Positions 9,179-16,872 of a stretch of DNA of 26,935 bases are shown here, in pieces. This DNA is from a virus. Lineage: Duplodnaviria; Caudoviricetes. The DNA lies in IMG/VR virus record IMGVR_UViG_3300025296_000103, positions 1 through 26,935 of that record. The stretch is one strand, 5' to 3'. The position numbers and the translations under genes are program-made. The first letter of the stretch is position 1; each line of letters opens with the position of its first letter. A model generated the notes under the pieces. It was not told the DNA's origin. It did no database searches and worked only from the letters and a program-made list of their open reading frames with translations.

Positions 9179-10728
9179 TATGCTGTCACCCAACTTTTTG
9201 CTTTAACTTTATGCTTCTGCCAACCATCCTTAGTCTCTGAAATACCTTTAAGAGGGTATGCATGTTTACAAGCATAAGCGAGACTATCAATAGTGTCATC
9301 ATGCCCCATTCTGGGTCCAAAAGTTATAATTTCTCTTTGAAGGTCATACATGTCCTTCTTAATGTGTATCGCACCCACCGAAAACCTTTGAGCAAGTATC
9401 TCTTGGATCCGGTCTCTTTTCGACATTCTGTTACCTGGTTTTTCAGCGCAGTACTTGACAGAGAAGTCATTACGCCTGCGCATTTCCGCCATAAGCGCTT
9501 GAAATATTGGGCGAGACATTGTAGTCTCCTCGATTGTAAAAAGGGAAGGGTGATAGATGTTATTAAGCTCGAACAAGTAATCAACGATTCCCTTCTTAGG
9601 ATCTCCTGGGATACCGAGAACAGGGAGTGAACGCTTGCGAATATAATTAATAACATATATATTGTTATCAGTATCAACCCCAAGAGTAAGTAGAACGCTG
9701 AAGTCGCTATCCCTACGAGTAGAATCTGTAGCGGGGTCGACACCCGTGAAAATATTGACTGGCTTGACATCCCCATCTGATGTGTGTATATACGATATTC
9801 CTGTTTCGTCATCATGGATAAAATCGCCCTCCCAATACTTGATATGATTTCTAGTAAATATTGCATCGTCTTCATTCTGAACTTCCATCATATATTCTTG
9901 ATAGAATTTCTGTGGCTGGCCAGAATCTGAATAAAACTTCTTCTTTCTCTCCATCTCCTTTATACCAAACCAGCTTGGCCATAGGGGAATGCCGTCCTCT
10001 TGCAATGCCTTGTGGGTGATCACTTTCCAACTAAAGTCCTTGCCCTCAGCCACTGCCCTGTCGTGGTTGACCAGAATGTTGTTAATAAAAGAATCGAAAT
10101 GCACAGGAGTTCCATTGATCCTAAGACGACCCGTATGGGGCTCCAGAGCAGGAAATACAACTGCCGTAACAAGGTTAGAGATTTTAGCCCTAGACTCAGG
10201 TGTAATGGTATTATTTTCATCCTCAAAGTCATCCAGCACGATAAGATCGTACCTTTTATGTAGTTTAGCTCCCCCACGTATACCAGAGAGGTTCGATTTG
10301 CTAATAAGCTTAGTGCCATTCTTAAGTTCAATATCATCTTCCGTCCATTTTCTCCCTTTTAAGTCCCCAAAATAATATCTTAGTTGGTCATTATATTCTA
10401 TATGATACTTGATGTAGTCAAGGTTTGGTACGCTAATTTTACTAGAAGCTGCAACCCACCCATAGAAGAGTGGTTCCTTAGTAAAGCAGAAATCATGCAT
10501 AATGGAGCATTTAGTGAGTACAGTCTTGCCATGACCTCTAGGTAGAATAACTGCAAGTTCCCTGATTGATAAGTCGTTAACTGCATCAGCTACCTGGTAA
10601 TGGAAGAATGGAGTCTCGCTTCGCATAAAGTCATCTGGCAAAAAGAGTTTACCAAATGCAATAAGGTCTTCCTGTGCAAGGAGTAGTTCTTCTTCTGCTT
10701 TAGAGACATTTCTAGAGTTTATATTCAC
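9178..10728 (-). CDS. terL: Terminase large subunit (segment A)
   Basis: Walker A PRGHGKT, Walker B LIVLDDFE, motif III NGTP, FYQEYM, nuclease GVDPA...DFS...HDDTIDSLAYA. Confidence 0.95.
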   Translation of the reverse strand: MNINSRNVSKAEEELLLAQEDLIAFGKLFLPDDFMRSETPFFHYQVADAVNDLSIRELAVILPRGHGKTVLTKCSIMHDFCFTKEPLFYGWVAASSKISVPNLDYIKYHIEYNDQLRYYFGDLKGRKWTEDDIELKNGTKLISKSNLSGIRGGAKLHKRYDLIVLDDFEDENNTITPESRAKISNLVTAVVFPALEPHTGRLRINGTPVHFDSFINNILVNHDRAVAEGKDFSWKVITHKALQEDGIPLWPSWFGIKEMERKKKFYSDSGQPQKFYQEYMMEVQNEDDAIFTRNHIKYWEGDFIHDDETGISYIHTSDGDVKPVNIFTGVDPATDSTRRDSDFSVLLTLGVDTDNNIYVINYIRKRSLPVLGIPGDPKKGIVDYLFELNNIYHPSLFTIEETTMSRPIFQALMAEMRRRNDFSVKYCAEKPGNRMSKRDRIQEILAQRFSVGAIHIKKDMYDLQREIITFGPRMGHDDTIDSLAYACKHAYPLKGISETKDGWQKHKVKAKSWVTA

Positions 10729-11301
10729 TTAGTCCCTGTATCGTCCTTCGGTATCAAAGGTCTCCCAGGGCTCTCTCAATTCAGCTACAGGGCCAAACTC
10801 ACTGGCTGGAACAGGGCCCTCAGAAGAAGGGGTAGTCTCAGCTCTCCTGGCTGACTGCACCATAGATCCATAGTCACCCCCATGGACTTTGTCTGTAAAC
10901 TCTCCCATCATCATCATGTGCTCCACATAATTAGACGCGCTCATGCCCCCCTCTTCGTTATAAAATTTTGGGTCGACCTGTTTTAGCCGCTCATCGTAGC
11001 CGTCCTTACTGCCAGAGCCCCCAAAGCCCATTTCTCTTAGCTCTGAGACCCTTCCACCAATAACCTCTGGATCCAACTCTTTCATATAACCCCCAAAATC
11101 TAAGCCTTCTCCCTCTGTTGCTGTAGTATTAGGGTCATAAGGAAATGACCTGTACAGCATATTCATTGCGTCACTGTCAGCTAGCTTTTGTGATTTACCT
11201 GAGAAATTTAAGTCGTACTCACTCCCCTCTATAGCCCCCCAATCTGACGGCATCTTATCATCTTTAGAGCCAAGGCTCTTTAGTGTATCCATTAAACCCA
11301 T
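10729..11301 (-). CDS. Hypothetical protein (acidic, Gly/Met-rich)
   Basis: 190-aa ORF abutting both neighbours; GGAGG RBS. Confidence 0.7.
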   Translation of the reverse strand: MGLMDTLKSLGSKDDKMPSDWGAIEGSEYDLNFSGKSQKLADSDAMNMLYRSFPYDPNTTATEGEGLDFGGYMKELDPEVIGGRVSELREMGFGGSGSKDGYDERLKQVDPKFYNEEGGMSASNYVEHMMMMGEFTDKVHGGDYGSMVQSARRAETTPSSEGPVPASEFGPVAELREPWETFDTEGRYRD

Positions 11302-12026
11302 TATTTCTTAACCTCCGTTAGTTCAGGTCTCTGAGCTTCTTCCAGCGCTTCAGAAGAGAAGCCTTGGAAAAGAGCTCCAGAAACTTGTGTTATTCTTGTC
11401 TGATTTTTGTCCTCTAGGTCTAGAATATCACTTAATTTAAAAAGTGCCCTTAGGCGTACGTCTTCTTTTTCCGCAGTCTGAGAGACGTCTCTTATGTCCT
11501 TTAAAACTGTCTTATTATCTATCCCTAGCTCTTCTAGTACTGGCTTTAGTTCTTCTTTCACTTGAGTTTGAATCCTCTCCGTTTTAAATAAGTTAGCAGC
11601 CATCCCCTTGGCATAGTTAAACTGATTAGTAGGGAATGCTTTCATATAAGATTCCTCAAGAGATAATCCAGCTACAATATACCGAGCAAATAAGACCTCA
11701 TGCTTGGTTAGGCGCTCTCTATCGCGTATGGTATCCTTGACTTTTCTACCCCCAAACGAGTATATATGGTCTCTCCTTTCGGTATCCATCCGGACATTAG
11801 GACCGTCAGGAAAAGTCCCCGTACAGGTACCTATATAGTAAGAAACCTTACCAAGACGCTTTATGCTACCTTTTCTCAATACCTGGAGCACACAACCATC
11901 ATCAGCTCTTATCCAGTCACCTATCTCAGCATTCCTCCAATCTGAAGAAACAACTATCTCTTGAGGAAGTTCATCTAACTCTTCGTATACAGGATGTAGT
12001 CTTCCCCTAACTTTATACTCTCTCAT
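11301..12026 (-). CDS. Terminase small subunit-like protein with extra N-terminal domain
   Basis: LTKHEVLFARYIVAGLSLEESYMKAFP...AANLFKTERIQ HTH and DVRLRALFKLSDIL helix resemble TerS; upstream of TerL. Start uncertain (12026 preferred over TTG 12080). Confidence 0.6.
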   Translation of the reverse strand: MREYKVRGRLHPVYEELDELPQEIVVSSDWRNAEIGDWIRADDGCVLQVLRKGSIKRLGKVSYYIGTCTGTFPDGPNVRMDTERRDHIYSFGGRKVKDTIRDRERLTKHEVLFARYIVAGLSLEESYMKAFPTNQFNYAKGMAANLFKTERIQTQVKEELKPVLEELGIDNKTVLKDIRDVSQTAEKEDVRLRALFKLSDILDLEDKNQTRITQVSGALFQGFSSEALEEAQRPELTEVKK

Positions 12027-12094
12027 TTCCCGTTTCCCATTTTCCATTTCCCACGTTTGACAAGTGTGAAGCGTAGTCAAACGTATGTACCCTA

Positions 12095-12274
12095 CTAACT
12101 CTCACCTACGATGTACGCCTCCTCCATAAACCTAATCAGGTCCTCTTCGAAGTACCCACTTAAATCAGCTTCGGTGAACACTTTAGGGCTACTATTGTCT
12201 ACTACCTCTTCTTCGATATACTCTATAGTATCCGTATCTTCATTATACGCTATTGTTAAGTAGTAGATCTTCAT
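12095..12274 (-). CDS. Small acidic protein, 59 aa (MKIYYLTIAYNEDTDTIEYIEEEVV...)
   Basis: Not in the ORF track; translated by hand; AAGGAG RBS; 16 D/E versus 3 K/R. Confidence 0.75.
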   Translation of the reverse strand: MKIYYLTIAYNEDTDTIEYIEEEVVDNSSPKVFTEADLSGYFEEDLIRFMEEAYIVGES

Positions 12275-12307
12275 AATAACTCCTTTTTAAGCTAATAGTT
12301 AAACTAA

Positions 12308-12610
12308 CTAGTAATAATTTATTACCTTTAAGTAATATGATGCAAGCTTTTTTTTCAAGCGTAAGTACCTGTAAAATAGCGACTTAGTAAATACAGACCA
12401 GCGAGTCGGTATCTCAGCATCGGATCCAGAGTACTTATTCTTCATAAAGTCTGCAAACTTGTCTGTATCCCCATTATAACTCATATAGTCAGATAGCACT
12501 TGAGATATATCATAAACAGCTTTCTGGTTATTCTCTATCTGCAGAAAGAGTTGGTCCATATAGCTCAGTATCTCTTTGTTTGTCGGTGGCTTCTTCATCT
12601 TTCTCTTCAT
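12308..12610 (-). CDS. Hypothetical protein (MKRKMKKPPTNKE...)
   Basis: ORF 12308..12634; start moved to 12610 behind an AAGGGG RBS. Confidence 0.65.
   Translation of the reverse strand: MKRKMKKPPTNKEILSYMDQLFLQIENNQKAVYDISQVLSDYMSYNGDTDKFADFMKNKYSGSDAEIPTRWSVFTKSLFYRYLRLKKKLASYYLKVINYY
12316..12346 (-). promoter_or_regulatory. Sigma70-like promoter cTTGCAT-N18-TAAATT with upstream A-tract
   Basis: Minus strand, just upstream of the 12274 start and the terminase operon. Confidence 0.55.
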
Positions 12611-12734
12611 AGTCTTTCCCCTTATAATGTTCATGATCTACTTCACAGTAATCAGGACAACTGTACCCAGCCATAGGGTTATCATCCAAATAATCTCCTA
12701 ACTTCACTAAGCCTAAAAAGAATAGCCCTAACAT
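12528..12734 (-). CDS. Small membrane-anchored protein with YSCPDYCEVDHEH motif
   Basis: 3' part of ORF 12528..12887; hydrophobic N-terminus and Cys/His cluster; start uncertain. Confidence 0.45.
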   Translation of the reverse strand: MLGLFFLGLVKLGDYLDDNPMAGYSCPDYCEVDHEHYKGKDYEEKDEEATDKQRDTELYGPTLSADRE

Positions 12735-12742
12735 AATGTTGG

Positions 12743-12922
12743 CTACTTCTTCTCTGATTCCTCCACTTTCCTGCCAAGAGTAAACGCCCATGCTGCCATG
12801 TTCAGTGCCCCAAGCGGGAGTAAGAAAAAAGATGCACCAATAAAGTAATAGTAGAAATTTGCTATACCTATTATTAAGTTGAACCATCTTACTGCCTGAA
12901 ATATATCGTTTCTAGTTATCAT
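12743..12922 (-). CDS. Small two-TM membrane protein (MITRNDIFQAVRWFNL...), possibly leaderless
   Basis: Hydrophobic 59 aa; ATG lies 6 nt downstream of a predicted -10 box. Confidence 0.55.
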   Translation of the reverse strand: MITRNDIFQAVRWFNLIIGIANFYYYFIGASFFLLPLGALNMAAWAFTLGRKVEESEKK

Positions 12923-12928
12923 ATCCAT

Positions 12929-12959
12929 AATATACAACTAATATACGGATCAGAACAAG
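12929..12959 (-). promoter_or_regulatory. Sigma70-like promoter cTTGTTC-N18-TATATT at the head of the minus-strand block
   Basis: Shares TCTTG...GTATAT..GTTGTATATTA with the promoter at 20281. Confidence 0.6.
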
Positions 12960-13133
12960 AAATATATGTGACCTGTAGCACTAACTTTTAAAAAATGTAG
13001 CATTTTAGTGTGTGGTGTTTTAAACAGTGGTACCCCCTAACGGAGGGTTTTTCTCTATCGAGATTACGTTATATTCAATTTTTAGTTATATACTAGTATA
13101 CTTATAATAATAATTAATCAAAGGAGACAGATA

Positions 13134-13406
13134 ATGTCAGAGAATAATGTTACTACAATTACAACGATGGATATGGATCTAGACAATGATGTAGAAGCTT
13201 GGAAGGTTGAGACTAACGAACTATTAGATGAGGGTATTGGTAATAGGTCAGCTACAAAGACTACCATCAAGAAGGCCAGACGACAGGCAGCACTGTTGCA
13301 GCACAAATGTAGACTTGAAGAGGACTATGATCTCGTAGGGGAGATTCGTAGTTATCTACGTAGTATACGTACGTTGGAGTTTGGCTTGAAAGGCAATCGC
13401 TTCTAA
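13134..13406 (+). CDS. Hypothetical early protein
   Basis: 90 aa, AAGGAG RBS, first plus-strand gene. Confidence 0.75.
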   Translation: MSENNVTTITTMDMDLDNDVEAWKVETNELLDEGIGNRSATKTTIKKARRQAALLQHKCRLEEDYDLVGEIRSYLRSIRTLEFGLKGNRF

Positions 13407-13412
13407 TGCACT

Positions 13413-13448
13413 AGGATAACGGAGAGAGGGTAACCTCTCTTCTTATCC
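13413..13448 (+). terminator. Stem-loop after the first early gene
   Basis: GGATAA-CGG-AGAGAGG GTAA CCTCTCT-TC-TTATCC with a GNRA loop. Confidence 0.5.
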
Positions 13449-13548
13449 CTGTATATGTATATATATTTACTGCTGAGTGTCACCATATATATTGTATAAG
13501 ACATGCGGTTAGACAGCATTCAGATTTCTTTTAACAATAGGAGGGCTT

Positions 13549-13734
13549 ATGCCTGATATGCGTACAATTCCCATTCCAAAAGATATTGCAACAGACTCTG
13601 AAGGTGGTCAAGCTTACTTCACATTCAATGCATCAATGTATTGGTGTTGTAAGTCTTGCTCCGAAGAGTATGAAGTACTTGAAGTGCCTAAGGCATCTGA
13701 TGGTATTTGTTCTGCTTGTAAGTCTTATTGGTAG
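13549..13734 (+). CDS. Small zinc-ribbon protein
   Basis: 61 aa, AGGAGG RBS, CKSC...CSAC. Confidence 0.7.
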   Translation: MPDMRTIPIPKDIATDSEGGQAYFTFNASMYWCCKSCSEEYEVLEVPKASDGICSACKSYW

Positions 13735-13796
13735 GACTCAGCTCCTGAGCAGGAGTTTAAAAGGCTCAAGATTTATCTCCTAACTAGTAGTAGGAG

Positions 13797-14410
13797 CATG
13801 CTGGTATACTAATAATTTCTATAGATACCATTATTATGGTATCAGTCATACTATCTGAACTGGTCAACTATCATTAGATAAGTCACACTAGGATACTATG
13901 CTTTAAACAGAGCTAAGGGAGAGATATCCCATCAATGTCTCTCCCACTAGCTATACTTTAACTATGAGAGAGCAGTGGAAGGGTCAAGCTATACCATTAT
14001 TAGGGTTAATCACTTCATGCATTGTTTATTCCTAGAGAAAATCTCCAATTCTTCTCTAATGATATAGATATTGACGGCTCTCTCATTAACTTAGGAAGTA
14101 AACTAATAGAGAATTAATTACTCTCTAGAAGTTTGTTGGAAACTTGTGAACTGTAGTGGATGAGGACTGCAGGCAAGTAGAGAGTTAGGGGTTGTACCCG
14201 CATCAGCTACCAAATGGTAGAATGAACAGAATAATTTACTGAACTCTCGTAGTTACATATATTGATTAATCACTGAAAATGATTAGTCCTTTCCCTCTAT
14301 AAGGCTTGCTTATGCATTCTTCTGCTAGCAAGCATTGTCAATTACCGTAATAGTTAGGGCTGATGTAGGTGAGCGGATGACCCGACCCTATAAGACCTGA
14401 GAGACATCTT
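13797..14410 (+). other. Non-coding region packed with stem-loops
   Basis: No ORF of 60 aa or more; consecutive inverted repeats including GATACCAT/ATGGTATC, GGGAGAGATA/TGTCTCTCCC, ATGAGAGAGC/GCTCTCTCAT, CTGTAGT/ACTGCAG, GAGAGTT/AACTCTC, GATTAATC/GATTAGTC, GCTTGCT/AGCAAGC. Confidence 0.6.
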
Positions 14411-14506
14411 AAAGACAATATAGAGTAAAAAGAAGAATGTAACTTGCAAGTATAATCGAATCTTACTCAACTTTAACTTCCTATTCTTAACTAAAGGAGA
14501 CTAACA

Positions 14507-14626
14507 ATGAAAGACCATTATGAAAACACTACATTCCATCTAATACTACTTTGTATAATCTGGGGATGTAGCATTGGAACCATGTTATTAATACTATATC
14601 ATGGAATTAAATGGTTAATTAACTAA
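14507..14626 (+). CDS. Small single-TM protein, 39 aa (MKDHYENTTFHLILLCIIWG...)
   Basis: Hand-translated; AAGGAG RBS; hydrophobic. Confidence 0.6.
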   Translation: MKDHYENTTFHLILLCIIWGCSIGTMLLILYHGIKWLIN

Positions 14627-14639
14627 AAAGGAGATACAT

Positions 14640-14996
14640 ATGCCGGAAGAAGCTTATGGTTCATTAACTCATATCATACACTTTTATGAGGGACAACTAG
14701 AGCATTTTAAGAAGGTAGGACTAGGTAACCTAACTAGACCAACGAATGATCAAGGCGTTGTAGTTACACCTACCTTAATCAAAACAACTGTTAAACGACT
14801 CAATCAACTACTTGGAAGCCGCCTCTCTACTACTACTAAGGACACCTTAAGAGTAAAGAAATGGCGTAAGAAAAAGAAGAAGCTTGAGAAAATATGGGGA
14901 CTACTCAATGACTACTCCAGCAATCCTAAAGTATCTAAGCCAAAGCTCAATGGAAGCTTACGCAAAACAGATAGCACTGGAGGACATAATAAATGA
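14640..14996 (+). CDS. Hypothetical basic protein
   Basis: 118 aa, AAGGAG RBS. Confidence 0.7.
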   Translation: MPEEAYGSLTHIIHFYEGQLEHFKKVGLGNLTRPTNDQGVVVTPTLIKTTVKRLNQLLGSRLSTTTKDTLRVKKWRKKKKKLEKIWGLLNDYSSNPKVSKPKLNGSLRKTDSTGGHNK

Positions 14997-15187
14997 ATAT
15001 GTACTTAGTGATAAACGACAAAGTAATCCTAGGGATCGACGCTTACTTTACGAAAGGAAAGCTTGGTTCTCAGGTGAGAATATACTTGTTTGGTATCATG
15101 TTGTGGACTGCATGGGGAGACCACGATATCAAGGGCAACTATTGGAAGATCCATTGGGGATTTCCTAGTATTAACACAATAATTTAA
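14993..15187 (+). CDS. Hypothetical protein
   Basis: 64 aa, ATGA overlap, GGAGG RBS. Confidence 0.6.
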   Translation: MNMYLVINDKVILGIDAYFTKGKLGSQVRIYLFGIMLWTAWGDHDIKGNYWKIHWGFPSINTII

Positions 15188-15205
15188 CTAAAAAAGGAGA
15201 AGTCT

Positions 15206-15655
15206 ATGACTAGACGGAAAAGAAAGATGAAGAGACCTGTATATTTAGCATTACCAGTAAAGATTCAAGCATTAGCTGAAGTATTTAGCGGTGCTTCTCT
15301 TTCTAATACAGCTAGAAAATATGGAGTTTCACCACAATCAATATCTAGATGGAGAACTCATGGGTTTAAGTGGCAAAAAGATGGTAAGCCTGCTAATACT
15401 ATTACTATAAATGGTAAAAGTACTGATAAATCTATCAGACCTGTTAATGTTCACAACTATAATGTTAAGCGTTATACTAGTAAACCTAAAGTAACTAATC
15501 ATTTACCAATATCTGTACCAACTTGGGGAATGAAAATAACTTCTTTTGGTCTTAGTTTAACTGATGGCACTAAAGTAACATTAACTAGTAAAGATCTAGA
15601 AGGTATATCTAAAATTAATGAAACTCTTAAAGATATTGATTATGGGAACAGCTAA
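15206..15655 (+). CDS. Helix-turn-helix DNA-binding protein
   Basis: SLSNTARKYGVSPQSISRW HTH; AAGGAG RBS. Confidence 0.75.
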   Translation: MTRRKRKMKRPVYLALPVKIQALAEVFSGASLSNTARKYGVSPQSISRWRTHGFKWQKDGKPANTITINGKSTDKSIRPVNVHNYNVKRYTSKPKVTNHLPISVPTWGMKITSFGLSLTDGTKVTLTSKDLEGISKINETLKDIDYGNS

Positions 15656-15794
15656 GAGAGTATTATTAAAATCTAAAGAAGATGAGCGACCTTTACCTAG
15701 TCATCTAGAAAAAGAGATGTACTTACAACTAACTCATCTTAAGAAGCAAATGGAAGCTATAACTAAAATACTGGAGATACGTAATGAAAAATAG
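15642..15794 (+). CDS. Hypothetical 50-aa protein (MGTAKRVLLKSKEDERPLP...)
   Basis: Hand-translated; fills the gap and overlaps both neighbours; weak RBS. Confidence 0.5.
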   Translation: MGTAKRVLLKSKEDERPLPSHLEKEMYLQLTHLKKQMEAITKILEIRNEK

Positions 15795-16233
15795 CATATT
15801 AATGATAGTATTGCTAATAATAGTGGGATGTGGTAAAGAAGCTCAAGCAGAGTCTACTCCTGTTGTAAGAGAAGTAACAGAAGACTTACTTACAGTAGAG
15901 ATAAATCTGGATGATATGAGCTTTGAAGATGCATTTTCTATAGAGCATAGAGCTAAAGGTGAAGACCATAAGTTCTATTGGCGTGGTAGCTGGTTTACTA
16001 CTGACCTTGCAGAATCTGTAGAAATATCAAAAACATATAATAATGGAATACTACAGTGGGTACGCAACAGTGATGATTTGAATGACTTGTGTCGCTCTAA
16101 TAAATGGGATGAATGTGGTGTATGTAATGGTATAGGTCCAATAACTTGGTATTTAGACCGAGATTTAGATGGACTAGGAGATCCAAATACATCTACCAAT
16201 AATTGTACTTATCCTGGTGCGGATAGCGAGTAG
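15784..16233 (+). CDS. Lipoprotein with Cys/Asp-rich metal-binding C-terminus
   Basis: Signal peptide with lipobox IVG-C; DECGVCNG and WYLDRDLDGLGDP (DxDxDG) motifs. Confidence 0.75.
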   Translation: MKNSILMIVLLIIVGCGKEAQAESTPVVREVTEDLLTVEINLDDMSFEDAFSIEHRAKGEDHKFYWRGSWFTTDLAESVEISKTYNNGILQWVRNSDDLNDLCRSNKWDECGVCNGIGPITWYLDRDLDGLGDPNTSTNNCTYPGADSE

Positions 16234-16298
16234 TTGACCACTAGAGAAGGAGGGTTGGGAGTCGAGGCCTGACCCTCTAACTTTTAAAGAGGAGAGAT

Positions 16299-16496
16299 AT
16301 GAAAACAATACGAGTAACGAAAGAGAACTCTCAATACTGGAAGAGAGTGCCCGTAGGAACTCTCCTAAGGGTGCGTGATCAAGACGCAAGAAGAGTGGTG
16401 GATCGTAAAGAAGCTCAGTATGTATCTAAAACTGAGTGGAAAGAATTACGTGACGCAGAAGAAACCAATAAAAATAAGGAGGCTAATAATGCCTAA
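16299..16496 (+). CDS. Small phage protein overlapping the Ubl start
   Basis: 65 aa, GAGGAG RBS. Confidence 0.7.
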   Translation: MKTIRVTKENSQYWKRVPVGTLLRVRDQDARRVVDRKEAQYVSKTEWKELRDAEETNKNKEANNA

Positions 16497-16752
16497 TATC
16501 AAAGTACTATCTGGGGGCGGATTCCCCGAACGTGAAGTAAATGCTACTAATGTAGGTGCACTTAGAGAAGAACTAGATATCTCTAATAATGCTACTGTAG
16601 CAGTCAATGGACGCGGAGTAACAGATAACTATGAACTTCAAGATGGTGATATCGTAGCAGCTGTATCTTCAGACAAAAAGGGTGGAAAAGTATTGGTAGA
16701 GACCTTTACTATTTCAATGCCAGCACAAAGGAAGACTCTCTACGAACTGTAG
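16489..16752 (+). CDS. Ubiquitin-like (beta-grasp, ThiS/MoaD/SAMP-like) precursor: 66-aa Ubl ending KKGG plus a 21-aa extension
   Basis: AAGGAGG RBS before ATG 16489; beta-grasp pattern IKV...TNVGALREEL...VAVNG...YELQDGDIVAAV...KKGG; GG codons at 16681-16686. Confidence 0.85.
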   Translation: MPNIKVLSGGGFPEREVNATNVGALREELDISNNATVAVNGRGVTDNYELQDGDIVAAVSSDKKGGKVLVETFTISMPAQRKTLYEL

Positions 16753-16775
16753 TAAGTCATTGTAATTAAAAAACT

Positions 16776-16860
16776 TAGAGAGAGGACTAGTGGTTAATGC
16801 TCAACTGTAAGTCGCCCGCGGCGCAAGATATTGAATTAACTCTACCTCTCTCTATTTTTT
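16776..16860 (+). terminator. Long stem-loop with U-tract between the Ubl and E2-like genes
   Basis: TAGAGAGAGG...CCTCTCTCTA followed by TTTTTT; inner GTTAAT/ATTAAC and TCAA/TTGA pairs. Confidence 0.6.
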
Positions 16861-16872
16861 AAAGGAGGCAAT

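Noticed and set aside
20-10586. Numerous short plus-strand and alternate-frame ORFs within the structural genes
   Set aside because: Shadows of long motif-bearing minus-strand genes; no RBS.
14360-14415. Hammerhead ribozyme (CTGATG...)
   Set aside because: The core reads CTGATGT rather than CTGANGA and no properly placed GAAA was found.
16375-16488. N-terminal 38 aa of the Ubl ORF in the track
   Set aside because: Overlaps the 16299..16496 gene; the strong AAGGAGG RBS points to ATG 16489.
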